A DNA stretch of 64,000 nt. Origin: Felis catus. Lineage: Eukaryota. Below are positions 13,175 to 25,680 of this stretch, one piece after another. Made by a program: the position numbers and the translations under genes. The stretch lies in NCBI RefSeq assembly GCF_018350175.1, contig NC_058368.1, positions 4,774,001 to 4,838,000 of the forward strand, written 5' to 3'. Within the stretch, counting starts at the first letter, position 1; every line of letters starts with the position of its first letter. The notes beneath the pieces were generated by a model. That model was not told the origin of the DNA and did not search any database. It was given only the letters and a program-made list of their open reading frames with translations.

Positions 13175-13362
13175 CATTTGACAGCTGCTAAGATAGTGGA
13201 TCTTAAAAGTTCTGATCACAAGAAAAAAATTGTAATTAGGTGTTAACGATAAGTTAATTCAACTGGTAGTCATTATTTCATAAGTTACCAAGTCATTATG
13301 TGGTCTGCCTGAAACATGCCAAATGTTCTACGTCAATTACATCTCGGTAAAACTGGAAGGGG
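13175..13362 (+). mobile_element. L1MA9/10-type 3' end
   Basis: gctaagatagtggatcttaaaagttctgatcacaag..gtcaattacatctc..aaaactgg. Confidence 0.75.
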
Positions 13363-13793
13363 GGAAAGGGTAAGGCGTCATCACGTAAGCACCCGCTCTC
13401 TTGCGCCCCACACGTGTCATTGCCAAAGCAAATGTCCATGGTGAGGCAGCTCAGGTCGAGCAGAGGAATACCATGCCACTGGGCAAAAGGGCACGTGGAA
13501 AAAGTTCAGCTAGGCTCTTGGCATCTATCTACGAACGTAAAGCTGAAGAAGAGAAAGGACCTTGCCAACCCCAAGAATAGGTACAGGGGATCTAATGAGT
13601 TTGTTTGTTCCATTCAGCTGAACCATGACTGGCATGATTAACCCAGGCACACAACGCAAAAGGTCTTCACTACGAACTCACCCGAGTTGAAGACATATTT
13701 ATGTGTATCTTTTAATACCACATTTGCATCGCCCTGCCCAACCGTCAAACTGTTGTTAAAGCTTTGAACTTGTGATCTAAACAAACAGTAGAT

Positions 13794-14118
13794 GGGGCGC
13801 CTGGGTGGCTCAGTTCGGACAGCCTGCGACTCTTGACCTTGGGGTCATGAGTTCAAGCCCTACATTGGCTGTAGAGATTACTTAAATAAAAACTTGAAAC
13901 AATATTTTTTTTTATAAATGTTTATTTTTGAGCAAGAGAGAGAGAGAGAGCATGAGCAGGGGAGGGGCAGAGAAAGAGGGAGACACAGAATCGGAAGCAG
14001 GCTCCAGGCTCACAGCACAGAGCCCGACACAGGGCTCAAACCATGAGATCACGACCTGAGCAGGAGTGGGACACTTAACCCACTGAGCCACCTAGGCGCC
14101 CCTAACGTATTTTTTAAA
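13794..14118. mobile_element. Short SINE (+, 13794-13895) with an antisense CAN-SINE (13900-14103) in its tail
   Basis: Outer TSD taaacaaacagtaga. Confidence 0.92.
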
Positions 14119-14177
14119 AATAAACAAACAGTAGACCTCTGAAGAACTATTATTTTGCTGTACATTCCCAGACTCTA

Positions 14178-14310
14178 AGTGGGGTTCTCCGAGCGCTTGG
14201 GTCAGAAGCGATGGGGAAGGCTTGGTAAAATGCAGATTCCTGGGCTCCACCGCTGGCTCATGGGGCAGCCGCTCTGGGGTTGACGCTGGAGAAGTCCCAC
14301 GTCGCTGAAG
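14178..14310 (+). mobile_element. MER5-like fragment
   Basis: cttggtaaaatgcagattcctgggctcca motif. Confidence 0.55.
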
Positions 14311-15493
14311 CTGCCCGGATTATATCCAGGCACAAGACATCTTGAGAAGGTTCATCCTAGAGTGAATGCAGGAAGGCTGACCCCACGGCCAGCACACAAA
14401 CGACGACTCACGAGCCGCTTTTGTGAAAGAAGTTCGAGCAGGTGTGCGGATGTGCCCTCGCACCTCGCATCTACATGACTCGCGGGGAGAGTGGCCAGTG
14501 GTCTCATGTGGCAGCCTCGCGTGCTCCGAAAACCGCGGTGCTAGAAACATGCGGCATTTAAGAATATGCGGCCCCGCGCTTACTCATTACCCCGCCCCCC
14601 CACGTGTGCTTTTCAGTTTTAGGTTATTTTCCGCTTCTTCTTCCGTTCAGTTAGAGTGTAACATTCCCACGGAGACCAGCGTTGCCGCTCCACGACCCTC
14701 AGGGTGAGTGACTGCGTCCCTACAACTAAGGAGTAACAAGAGAAGTCACAGAACTACCTTCTCTCCCACCGTCTACACAAGCCACCTACAGCCTCGGCTC
14801 AGGCAGCCAACGTCCCTGAGGGAAGATTTGCACCATTACCAAGGATGGGCCACAGACCTCAAAACCGGAGACACAGGCTGGCTCCGCCGTGTCCCGCACC
14901 TGACCCCAGAGCAAGGAATTACCCTACATTTCTAATAAAATGAAGAGGTGAAGGCTGTGTATCAACGTGTTAACGTTGACCTTGACGACCCACTCCGATT
15001 CCAGCTAGGCTTTGCAGCACTGCCGTTGGTTGCCAAGTCCCCTCTGCCCTGTTCTCAGCGGACGGCAGCCTTCCTTTACCTACTTCCCTCTGTCCCTCCT
15101 TCCTTTTAGGCACAGGGTGTGTGTGACCACCTCTCGGATGCATGAGACCAAGCCGGCATCCCGGATCACCATCTATGCTAATGCCTGCCCTCCCCCAGGC
15201 CCCCCTGCACTTAGCAGTTTTCTACTGTCTGATGGGCATTTCCCCCCAAGTCTGGATGCGTGCAAATATGAGTCGGGTGCAAAAGAGTAAAAAGAAAGAG
15301 TTTTCTTAACACCACCATGATCCCCTAACCCAACTCCAGGCTTGTTTGTGTTTCTATTCTCTTTAAAGCTTCAACCTATGAGCTATTTGACAAAAATGAT
15401 ACTGACTTTTTTGTCTGGTTTCACAGAACATATAACATCTTTTGTACCAGAGCTATTTACATGTGAGATTCTGATTCTGAGACATTTAACTTT

Positions 15494-15717
15494 TTTTTTT
15501 TTAATTTTTTTTTTCAACGTTTATTTATTTTTGGGACAGAGAGAGACAGAGCATGAACGGGGGAGGGGCAGAGAGAGAGGGAGACACAGAATCGAAAACA
15601 GGCTCCAGCCTCTGAGCCATCAGCCCAGAGCCTGACGCGGGGCTCGAACTCATGGACCGCGAGATCGTGACCTGGTTGAAGTCGGACGCTTAACCGACTG
15701 CGCCACCCAGGCGCCCC
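15494..15717 (-). mobile_element. Young SINEC_Fc-type SINE
   Basis: Perfect TSD tgagacatttaacttt. Confidence 0.97.
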
Positions 15718-15797
15718 TGAGACATTTAACTTTGACATAAGCATCACGGACTATGCTAATCTGAACCTGGTCAAAAATTTCCAGTTAGGCAAATGAG

Positions 15798-16036
15798 TGT
15801 TGTTGTTTTTTTTTTTTTTTTACTTTTTTTAATGTTTATTTATTCTTGAGAGACAGAGAGAGACAGAGCACAAGCAAGGGAGGGGTGGAGAGAGAGGGAG
15901 ACACAGAATCCGGAAGCAGGCTCCAGGCTCTGAGCTGTCAGCACAGAACCTGATGCAGGGCTGGAACCCAGGAACCTCAAGATCATGACCTGAGCCGAAG
16001 TCAGACGTGTAACCGACTGAACCACCCAGGCGCCCC
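15798..16036 (-). mobile_element. CAN-SINE, part of the serial-insertion site
   Basis: Flanked by gcaaatgag on both sides. Confidence 0.95.
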
Positions 16037-16047
16037 AGCAAATGAGG

Positions 16048-16445
16048 TTTTTGGGTTTTTTTTTTTTTAATTAAGTCATTAATTTATTTTTTTTAATTTA
16101 CATCCAAGTTAGTTAGCATACAGTGCAACAATGATTTCAGGAGTAGATTCCTTAGTGCCCCTTACCCCCTTAGCCCATCCCCCCTCCCACAACCCCTCCA
16201 GCAACCCTCTGTCGGTTCTCCATATTTAAGAGTCTCTTCTGTTTTGTCCCCTCCCTGTTTTTATATTATTTTTGCTTCCCTTCCCTTATGCTTATCTGTT
16301 CTGTGTCTTAAAGTCCTCATATGAGTGAAGTCATATGATATCTGTCTTTCTCTGACTAATTTCACTTAACATAATACCCTCTAGTTTCATCCATGTAGTT
16401 GTAAACGGCAAGATGTCATTCTTTTTGATTGCTGAGTAATACTCC

Positions 16446-16499
<54 letters not shown>

Positions 16500-19400
16500 C
16501 CACATCTTCTTTACCCATTCATCCATCGATGGACATTTGGGCTCTTTTCATACTTTGGCTATCGTCGATAGTGCTGCTATAAACATTGGGGTGCATGTGC
16601 CCCTTCGAAAAAGTATACCTGTATCCCTCGGATAAATACCCAGTAGTGCAATTGCTGGGTCATAGGGTGTTTCTCTTTTTAATTTTTTGAGGACCTTCCA
16701 TACTGTTTTCCAGAGTGGCTGCACCAGTTTGCATTCCCACCAGCAGCGCAAGAGAGAGCCTCTTTCTCCACATCCTCGCCAACATCTGCTGTTGCCTGAG
16801 TTGTTAGTCATTCTGACTGGTGTGAGGTGATATCTCATCGTGGTTTTGACTTGAATTTGCCTGATGATGAGTGATGTTGAGCATTTTTTTCATGTGTCTG
16901 TTAGCCATCTGGATGTCTTCTTTGGAGAAGTGTCTATTCCTGTCTTTTGCCCATTTCTTCACTGGATTATTTGGTTTTTGAGTGTTGAGTTTGATAAGTT
17001 CTTTATAGATTTTGGATACTAACCCTTTATCTGATATGTCACTTGCAAATATCTTCTCCCATTCCATCAGTTGCCTTTTAGTTTTTCTGACTGTTTCCTT
17101 TGCTGTGCAGAAGCTTTTTATCTTGATGAGGTCCCAATAGTTCAATTTTGCTTTTGTTTCCCTTGTCTCCGGAGACGTGTTGAGGAAGAAGTTTCTGTGG
17201 CCGAGGTCAAAGAGGTTTTTACCTGCTTTCTCCTCTAGGATTTTGTTGGCTTCCTGTCTTATGTTTAGGTCTTTCATCCATTTTGAGTTTATTTTGTGTC
17301 TGGTGTAAGAAAGTGGTCCAGGTTCATTCTTCTGCCCGTCGCTGTCCAGTTTTCCCAGCACCACTTGCTGAAGAGACTGTCTTTATTCCATTGGATATTC
17401 TTTCCTGCTTTGTCAAAGATTAGTTGGCCATACGTTTGTGGGTCCATTTCTGGGTTCTCTATTCTGTTCCACTGATCTGAGTGTCTGCTTTTGTGCCAAT
17501 ACCATACTGTCTTGATGATTACAGCTTTGTAATACAGCTTGAAGTCCAAGATTGTGATGCTTCCAGGTTTGGTTTTCTTTTCAAGATCGCTTTGGCTATT
17601 CAGGGTCTTTTCTAGTTCCATGCAAATTTGAGGATTGTTTGTTCTAGCTCTGTGAAGCATGCTGGTGTTATTTTGATAGGGGTTGCACTGAATATGTAGA
17701 TTGCTTTGGGTAGTATCGACATTTTAACAATGTTCGTTCTTCCTATCCGGGAGCATGGAATCTTTTTCCATCTTTTTGTGTCTTCTTCAATTTCTTTCAT
17801 AAGCTTTCTATAGTTTTCAGTGTATAGATTTTTCACCTCTTTGGTTAGGTTTATTCCTAGATATTTTATGGATTTTGGTGCAGTTGTAAATGGGATCGAT
17901 TCCTTGATTTCCCTTTCTGTTGCTTCATTGTTGGTGTAGAGGAATGCAACCAATTTCTGTGCATTGATTTTATATCCTGCGACTTTGCTGAATCCATGGA
18001 TCAGTTCTAGCAGTTTTTTGGTGGAATCTTTAGGGTTTTCCATATAGAGTATCATGTCATCTGCAAAGAGTGAAAGTTTGACCTCCTCCTGGACGATTTG
18101 GATGCTTTTTATTTCTTTGTGTTGTCTGACCGCAGAGGCTAAGACTTCCAATACTATGTTGAATAAGAGTGGCCAGAGTGGACATCCCTGTCTTGTTCCT
18201 GACCTTAGGGGGAAAGCTCTCAGTTTTTCCCCACTGAAGTGTGGGGAAGTATTAATGTTGGTTCTTTCATAGATGGCTTTTATGATCTTGAGGTATGATC
18301 CTTCTAGCCCTACTTTCTTGAGGGTTTTTATCAAGAAAAGATGCTATATTTTGTCAAATGCTTTCTCTGCATCTATTGAGAGGATCATGTGGTTCTTGTC
18401 CTTTCTTTTATTGATGTGATGATGCATCACATTAATTGTTTTGCAGATATTGAACTGGCCCTGCATCCCAGGTATAAATCCCACTTGGTCGTGGTGAATA
18501 ATTTTTTAATAGTGTTGGATCTAGTTGGCTAATATCTTGTTGAGGATTTTTGCATCCATGTTCATCAGGGAAATCAGTCTATAGTTCTCCTTTTTAGTTG
18601 GATCTCTGCTTTTGGAATCGAGGTATTGCTGGCTTCATAGAATGAGTCTGGAAGTTTTCCTTCCATTTTTATTTTTTGGAACAGCTTCAAAAGAATAGGT
18701 GTTAACTCTTCTTTACATGTTTGGTAGAATTCCCCTGGAAAGCCATCTGGCCCTGGACTCTTGTGTTTGGGGAGATTTTTTATTACTAATTTGATTTCTT
18801 CACTGGTTATGGGTCTGTTCAAATTTTCTATTCCTGTTTCAGTTTTGGTAGTGTATATGTTTCTAGGAATGTGTTTATTTTTTCCAGATTGCCCATTTTA
18901 TTGGTGTATAATTACTCATAATATTCTCTTATTATTGTTTGTATTTCTGCTGTGTTGGTTGTGACCTCTCCTCTTTCATTCTTGATTTTATTTATTCGGG
19001 TCTTTTTTTTTTTTTTTTTTTTTTTTTTTGATCAAACTGGCTAGGAGTTTATCAATTTTGTTAATTCTTTCAAAGAACCAGTTCCTAGTTTCATTGATCT
19101 GTTGTACTGGGTTTTGTTTGTTTGTTTGTTTGTTTTGTTTTGTTTTGCTTTTGGTTTCAATAGCATTGATTTCTGCTCTAATCTTTATTATTCCCTGTCT
19201 TCTGCTGGTTTGGGGTGTTATTTGCTGTTCTTTTTCCAGCTCTTTAAAGTGTAAGGTTAGATTGTGTATCTGAAACCTTTCTTCCTTCTTTAGGAAGGCC
19301 TGGATTGCTATATACTTCCCTTTAATGACTGCCTTTGCTACGTCCCAGAGGTTTTGGGCTGTGGTGTTATCATTTTCATTGGATTCAATGTACTTTTTAA

Positions 19401-19606
19401 TTTCCTCTTTAACTTCTTGGTTAGCCCATTCATTCTTTAGTAGGATGTTCTTTAGTCTCCAAGTATTTGTTGTCCTTCTGTGGTTGATTTTGAGTTTCAT
19501 AGCGTTGTGGTCTGAAAATATGCACGGTATGATCTCAATCTTTTTGTACTTGCTGAGGGCTGATTTGTGTCCCAGTATGTGATCTGTTCTAGAGAATGTT
19601 CCATGT
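16048..19606 (-). mobile_element. 5'-truncated carnivore/felid LINE-1 (degenerate ORF2, 3'UTR, poly-A)
   Basis: ORF fragments give L1 ORF2 motifs ([45 protein letters not shown]). Poly-T at the left end, TSD gcaaatgagg at 16038-16047 and 19607-19616, multiple frameshifts. Confidence 0.97.
16448..16496. repeat. (TG)n inside the L1
   Basis: Read directly. Confidence 0.97.
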
Positions 19607-19635
19607 GCAAATGAGGGGGTTTTTTTTAATGAGGG

Positions 19636-19682
19636 TTTAATTTATTTTGAGAGAGAGATAGTGAGCAGGGGAGGGGCAGAGG

Positions 19683-19724
<42 letters not shown>

Positions 19725-19849
19725 CCAAAGTAGGCTCCACATTGTCAGCACAGAGCCTGATGGAGGGCTTGAACTCACGAACCATGAGATCATGACCTAA
19801 GCTGAAACCAAGAGTCAGACACTTAACTGACTGAGACACATGGCAGCCC
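19636..19849 (-). mobile_element. CAN-SINE with (GA)n expansion, part of the serial-insertion site
   Basis: Diverged head; followed by ttaggcaaatgag. Confidence 0.92.
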
Positions 19850-19882
19850 TAATTAGGCAAATGAGCCTTAAAAGAATATTTT

Positions 19883-20085
19883 AGGGGCTCCTGGATGGCT
19901 CAATTGGTTGAGCATCTGACTCTTCATTTCGGCTCAGGTCATGATCCCAGGGTCATAGCATTGAGCCTTGCATCGGACTCTGTGCTGAGCCTGGAGCCTG
20001 CTTGGGATTCTCTCTCTCTCCCTCTGCTCTGCTCCCTTTCTCACTCTCTCTCTCTCTCTCTCCCTAAAATTAAAACCAATTTTTT
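19883..20085 (+). mobile_element. CAN-SINE
   Basis: ggggctcctggatggctcaattggttgagc plus CT tract. Confidence 0.9.
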
Positions 20086-21539
20086 GAAAGATTATTTTTA
20101 TCAGAAAGAAAGGGGGGGAAGAGAGAGAGAGGAAGGAAGGAAAGGAAGAAACCAAAAAGCAAAAAAAACTTTATATCCAAAATTCAGGTTGAAAACCCTC
20201 GATTTTAAAACTCCAAGTAACATACATAACACCGAAACTACCAGGTGATTCTACAAAGAGAAGATGTCACTTTTATTACAAGAAAACAAACTTTCCAACA
20301 TTTCCTGGGGTTTTGAGCACACTGTCGGTTGAATCAAGCCAAGTGGCAGACGTGGACTATTTCAGCTTCATCCAAGCCCCACCCCACAGCGTTGCCATAG
20401 ATAAAAGCATAGCTTGGTATTTATATTTTGTTCTATTTGCTGTTTCATAATAAAATTGCTTTCGCCGCTCACGTCTGAATGCGGCTTCAACTGTACGACG
20501 TGCCAGCATGGGCCCGAGCCCCCTGCTCTCTGCTCGCTCCCACCATGAGGCTGGGGTCCCCCGGTGGACCACAACTACAGTATTTTACTTCACATTGTGA
20601 TCTGATCTGATCAGATCAGCGAAACTTGCCGCAAAAGTTATTGTATTGGCCAAGCACGGTCTCTGAGCTCAGAAAACCGGGAAGAGCTTTATAAAAGGAA
20701 ATACAATAAACAGTTAGCGAGGGCCAGAGAGAAGAGATTCAAACTATTAAAGGGTTTCAAACTGAAGTGCCTTGAAGCCCTTGCCCCCCCTTTCAGTTGG
20801 AAAAATTTGCAGCCATAATGGAGAAATCCTACTTGGAATTTCTGCTCATTAAAACTGAGTTTACACACTTGGTCTTTGTTTCGCCATCCCTGGGGCCCCA
20901 TGGCTACAAGTGTCCTGGTCCCCCGGTGTCAGTGTGCCATAGCCATCTCCCTCTCCAATCCATTTTACCTTAGAACTCACAAGTAGAGTCCGGCCTGGCT
21001 TCTCCTCTCGGGGGTTCTATCAGTTTCCGCCCCATTCTCTAATTACCATTTGGTAAAAAAACAAACACACAAAACTATTTGTTGAAAAGAATATGGACAG
21101 ACAGCCTCCGATAGACTTTGTTTCAAATCTTGGCTCAGTCACTTCCCACCTGCAAGGCCTTGAAATGTCACTGCTCAAAGGTCTGTGGTGCTTTAAGTAA
21201 GACGTGTGCCTTGTTCTCGTCTGACACACGGTGAGCACCCAGTAAAGATTAGTTCCTTCCTCTCTGCTGGGCCCAGAGTCCCAGCTCACACCGTCCATCC
21301 AGCTTAGCTGGAGTAGTGGGCCCTTGCCATTTCGTTTGGCCACCCGGCATCTCGACCCCGTCTGTGTTTGGGGAATTTCTGCTGACTGGGTTTTGGTGGC
21401 AATTTCGGGGAGTTGCTACTGAGGGTGCTAATCTAATGAAAGGTGCTGGTGGGTGGCTGCACATCGTCTGGTCTTCAGTCTTCCTTGCTTCTAGGGCAGT
21501 GGCATGCAGCCTGGGCTCCATGATCACAAAGGCTCTCAC

Positions 21540-21693
21540 CGTACGATGACACAGGATGGCAACACAAAAGAGACGGGTCAGGGTTCCGCCTCTCCTGGGC
21601 GAGGACGGCACCACAGGAGGCTGGAAGGGGGCCCTCTTGGGGCAAATGTGGCATCGATGCTGACAGCATTAGCAGTCGCCAGAAACCCACGTT
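21540..21693 (-). other. Candidate 154-nt exon
   Basis: Acceptor tcttgtgtcttttctaccag|, donor ACG|GTGAGA. Confidence 0.25.
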
Positions 21694-22513
21694 CTGGTAG
21701 AAAAGACACAAGACCAGAGCCAGTCACAGAATTCCAGCACTCCCAATCCACGTGCGATCGGGAGCACGCATGGCGACTTACTAAAGACAAAAAAAATAAA
21801 TAAATGCGTATCACTCATCGATCCCTCTCGCTGATAGAGCAGCAAAAGGCCAAGGACTAAGAACCAAAGCAAAACCCTGATTGCCTTTGCGATCCAACGC
21901 TCCCTACTGAGAGTAAAAAAGTGCCCTTTTATGAAACCTGATAATAGAAAGGAATCTACATAAGTCTAAGCATTTGACAGGATTTTAGATTCTGACTTGC
22001 AAGTTGAACCGTTTAAACCTCTTCGGTGTTTTCAGATCAGCGAGCTTACAAGAAGCTGTGAATCAGCTTCCACTATTTGTGCTCTCTTAGGAATGACGCT
22101 ATCGAGTTTCCGCCTACAATTTCTGTTCCCACCAGGCTCTCCTCCCGCCGGGCAAGGCTGTGATGGGGAGGCTGACAGAGCCAGTTGGGTAAATGAGCTG
22201 GTAGAGAAATGACTAGCAGCTGCAGCCACAGCCGGGTGCAAATGCACAACTTCACACGGAACAATCAAGAGATTGTTTTCAGAACTCGGCTGACATCATA
22301 CACCGGGAGCCTTTTATTCATCATCTGCACGGAACAGAGACAGAAAGGGGCACTAATTACAGAGAGGCTGCTCAGGGAGCAATCCGGATTTTATAGCAGG
22401 AGCCTGCCCTCTCCTTGTTTGTGATGGTGTGAACAATAACCTTGTTTCTCGTCTCTGATAAAGGGTGCATGAGAACTGGAATGGTGATGACAATATCACT
22501 CCTATTTCCTTAC

Positions 22514-22609
22514 CTATGTCACCGGGCTGCCCGTCTGGACCATCACCTGGGATGCGCTCGCTCCTTGGGATTCGTATGCTCATTTTTAAGCCAAGATTAG
22601 AATTACACA
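22514..22609 (-). other. Candidate 96-nt exon
   Basis: Acceptor ctctccgtttcaccactag|, donor TAG|GTAAGG, open in phase 1. Confidence 0.3.
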
Positions 22610-22714
22610 CTAGTGGTGAAACGGAGAGTTTTGAAAGGCGTGCCTAATTATTCAGTGTTGTGCCTTCTGGCGCTAACTGGGATTTCCTAGGTCCCAGTGA
22701 GCCCTGGATTAGAT

Positions 22715-22945
22715 CGAGGTTGGCAAACTCTGGCCCACGGGCCGAAAGTAGCCACTGCCGCATTTTGTAAACAGAGTTGTACTCAGACCCAGCCACGCCC
22801 ACGTTTGGCTACCTCCGTGACTATCTTCCATGGCTGTGTTCATGCAACGGGAGTTGAGCTGAGAAGTTGCAACAGAGACCATCTGACCTGCAAAGCCTAA
22901 AATGTTTACTCTTTACCCTCGACTGAAAAAGCTTGCTGACCCCTG
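22715..22945 (+). mobile_element. MER58A (hAT-Charlie MITE)
   Basis: gaggttggcaaactctggcccacgggcc..gttgcaacagagacc..gcttgctgacccctg; flanks gattagat/agatagat. Confidence 0.9.
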
Positions 22946-23134
22946 AGATAGATGCTTGTCTCGTTTCTCAGCCCTACAGAGGTGATGTGCTAACTACTGC
23001 GGTCATATGAACTGTTTCCTCAGTTCTAACCACATGTTTGCCTGGGACAAGGCAGAATCAAGAGGGCAAATCAGAGGTTCTCTTCCAAACATGGACTTCC
23101 TTGGAATTTCAAATGTGACCAAATGATTGGAATT

Positions 23135-23353
23135 CTTTTTTTTTTTTAATTTTTAACATTTTTAAATTTATTTTTGAGAGACAGAGCATGAGCGGGGAAG
23201 GGGCAGAAAGACAGGGAGACACGGAGTCCGAAGGAGGCTCCGGGCTCTGAGCTGTCCACACAGAGCCCAATGTAGGGCTCAAACCCACAAGCCGTGAGAT
23301 CATGACCTGAGCTGAAGTCAGACGCTTCACCAACTGAGCCACCCAGATGCCCC
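23135..23353 (-). mobile_element. CAN-SINE
   Basis: TSD atgattggaattct. Confidence 0.95.
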
Positions 23354-23528
23354 GATGATTGGAATTCTAATGTAAACACACAACAGAGAGAACTAAAATA
23401 AAAGCCCACTGGCCTAATCCAGGAAGGATTTGCTTTTATAGTTGAGGGTCTGAAGGATGAGACTGTGTGACCTTTCCTGACCACATAATAGATCTTTGGT
23501 TTAAAATCCCCTAAAAAACCAAGGTGCC

Positions 23529-23865
23529 TGGGGCGCCTGGGTGGCGCAGTCGGTTAAGCGTCTGACTTCAGCCAGGTTATGATCTCGCGGTCCGTGAGTT
23601 CGAGCCCTGCGTCAGGCTCTGGGCTGATGGCTCAGAGCCTGGAGCCTGCTTCTGATTCTGTGTCTCCCTCTCTCTCTCTGCCCCTCCCCCGTTCATGCTC
23701 TGTCTCTCTCTGTCCCAAAAATAAATAAATGTTGAAAAAAAAAAAACCAAGGTGCCTGGCTGGCTCAGTCAGTAGAGCATGTGACTCTTGATCTCAGGGT
23801 TGTGAGTTCAAGCCACACATTGAGGGTAGAGTGTACTCAAAAAAAAAAAAAAAAAAAAGAAAAGA
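23529..23865 (+). mobile_element. SINEC_Fc (23529-23742) inserted at the head of a short SINE (23751-23865)
   Basis: TSD aaaaaaccaaggtgcct(gg) includes the host SINE's first bases. Confidence 0.93.
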
Positions 23866-25044
23866 AAATCCTCTAATGAACCAGTTAGAATATACCTGTT
23901 GAGAATCTAGCTTAGTTGTTATTAACCCTTTTGAAGGGTGGGGGCAGGGGGTTAATACTTCTGAAAAAATGACATATACACAGACATCCACAATTTCATT
24001 TATAATTTCTGTGGGTTCTTGGGCTCCCAAGAAGATGATCCATGAGCCCCAGATTAAGAAACTGTGATCATTTTTTTTTTTTTGCTAGTTGTGGGAAAAC
24101 AAATTTTACAAAGCACTAGTCAAAAGAACCTGTTTTCAATTAACTTAATTAGCAATTAGCAAGTACATACTTGGCAATTAATTTAAAATTAGCAGCATCT
24201 ACTAAATGCCCAATAAGTGGGTACATACAGTAACACTGACGTTGAAAGAAGAAAGAGATGATTGTTGTTTAATAAGGTGAGAGAAGGCTTCAGGAAGAAA
24301 TGTGATTTACCTAAGCTCTGAAAGAATATCGAAGTGTGAGATGTGCACAAGGGAGCAGGAGGGGCTGGCCCAAAACTGTCTTCAAGGTTCAGAGAATTCT
24401 CAGTCTTGGGTTTCTTCCCTGTTGGCCCCAGGCAGAGGAGCATCTAAAACGTCCCTAAAGGAACCTCCAGATTCTGAGGCTTCAGAAGAAATCGCTACAC
24501 TTTGTCTATTAGCGCCATTGTGACTTGCATTCGGGACAACACTGGATCCCGGCCAAAGTGGGTTTCGTGGGTGCTGGGCCTAACGCTCTCTTTTGCCTTC
24601 TCAAAACGTGTCATAATTTAACAAATAGGCAGTGGTATTTTCATTTTGAACTGAGCCCCCCAAATTTTGCAGCCAGTCCTGATCCCGGGGGAAGAATGGA
24701 TCCAACAGTAATATGATCAAACATGGGTAAGAAGGCAGTGAACCGTGTGGCTTCGTCCCCCAAGCTGGGACACCAGTCTAAAGGGTGAGGGAGCTCCAGT
24801 TCTTATGTGCCATACGGAGGGCTTGTCACCAGTTCTTATGGGTCAATTTAAACTCCTTCGAATGATCAGATGAAGCTAATTATAATCCTCTAACTTCGCT
24901 CATAGCAAGGGATGCCCCATCTTTCACTTGGGCAATTAAAACCTGCTTTCCTACATTTTAGGTTTTCTATCACTTTTTTTTAAAGAAGAAAACCAATCCA
25001 TAAATGCTATGACTAAATGAGGGGAGAAAGATTGTAAGATTTAT

Positions 25045-25230
25045 TTTTTTAAATATTTATTTTGGGGGGAGGGCATAAGCAGTGTAGCAGCAGAGAGAGG
25101 GGGACAGAGGATCCGAAGCAGGCTCTGCACTGACAGGACAGAGCCCGACGTGGCGCTCGAACTCTCGAATGGGAGATCATGACCTGAGCCGAAGTCACAC
25201 ACTCAACTGAGTGAGCCATCCAGGTGCCCC
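25045..25230 (-). mobile_element. CAN-SINE
   Basis: TSD aagatttatttt. Confidence 0.92.
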
Positions 25231-25588
25231 AAGATTTATTTTCAATTTCATTATTTATGTCTTTTATTTTAAAGCTCACTCTGTATTCTCATTTCTCCAA
25301 GTTGCTGTAACAATTCAGGTTGGTCTCTTTTACCTAGCCTGAGTCTTTGGTTCAGGAGGCTCCAATCCTCTGACCTGCAGTGAAGGACCAGCCTTTCCCC
25401 CTCTTTAAGCTTTACGATGTTCCTTGCACAGTTAATTCAAAGCCATTTCCCTCAGGACTTTGGTTGCCATTAGAGATTTTGCTTTTCTTCTGAGAATGGA
25501 GAACTCCACGTTTGAACAGAGTGAAAGAAAGCTTGCTACTTACTGCTGGAACAGCCAAGGTTCCAACTTGGTTTAGAGAACTCAGTAC

Positions 25589-25680
25589 TGGGGCACCTGG
25601 CTGGCTGCTGGTAGAGCGTGTGACTCTTGATCTTGGGGCCATTGAGTTTGAGCCCATGTATGGCTTTTTACTTAAAAAAA
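25589..25680 (+). mobile_element. Short CAN-SINE
   Basis: ggggcacctggctggct..gtagagcgtgtgactcttgatct; TSD agaact(c/t)agta. Confidence 0.88.

Noticed and set aside
16548..19500. Reverse-transcriptase and endonuclease ORFs as an active or domesticated gene, or a retron-like system
   Set aside because: This is an ordinary 5'-truncated L1 with frameshifts and microsatellite expansions, lacking ORF1 and a promoter.
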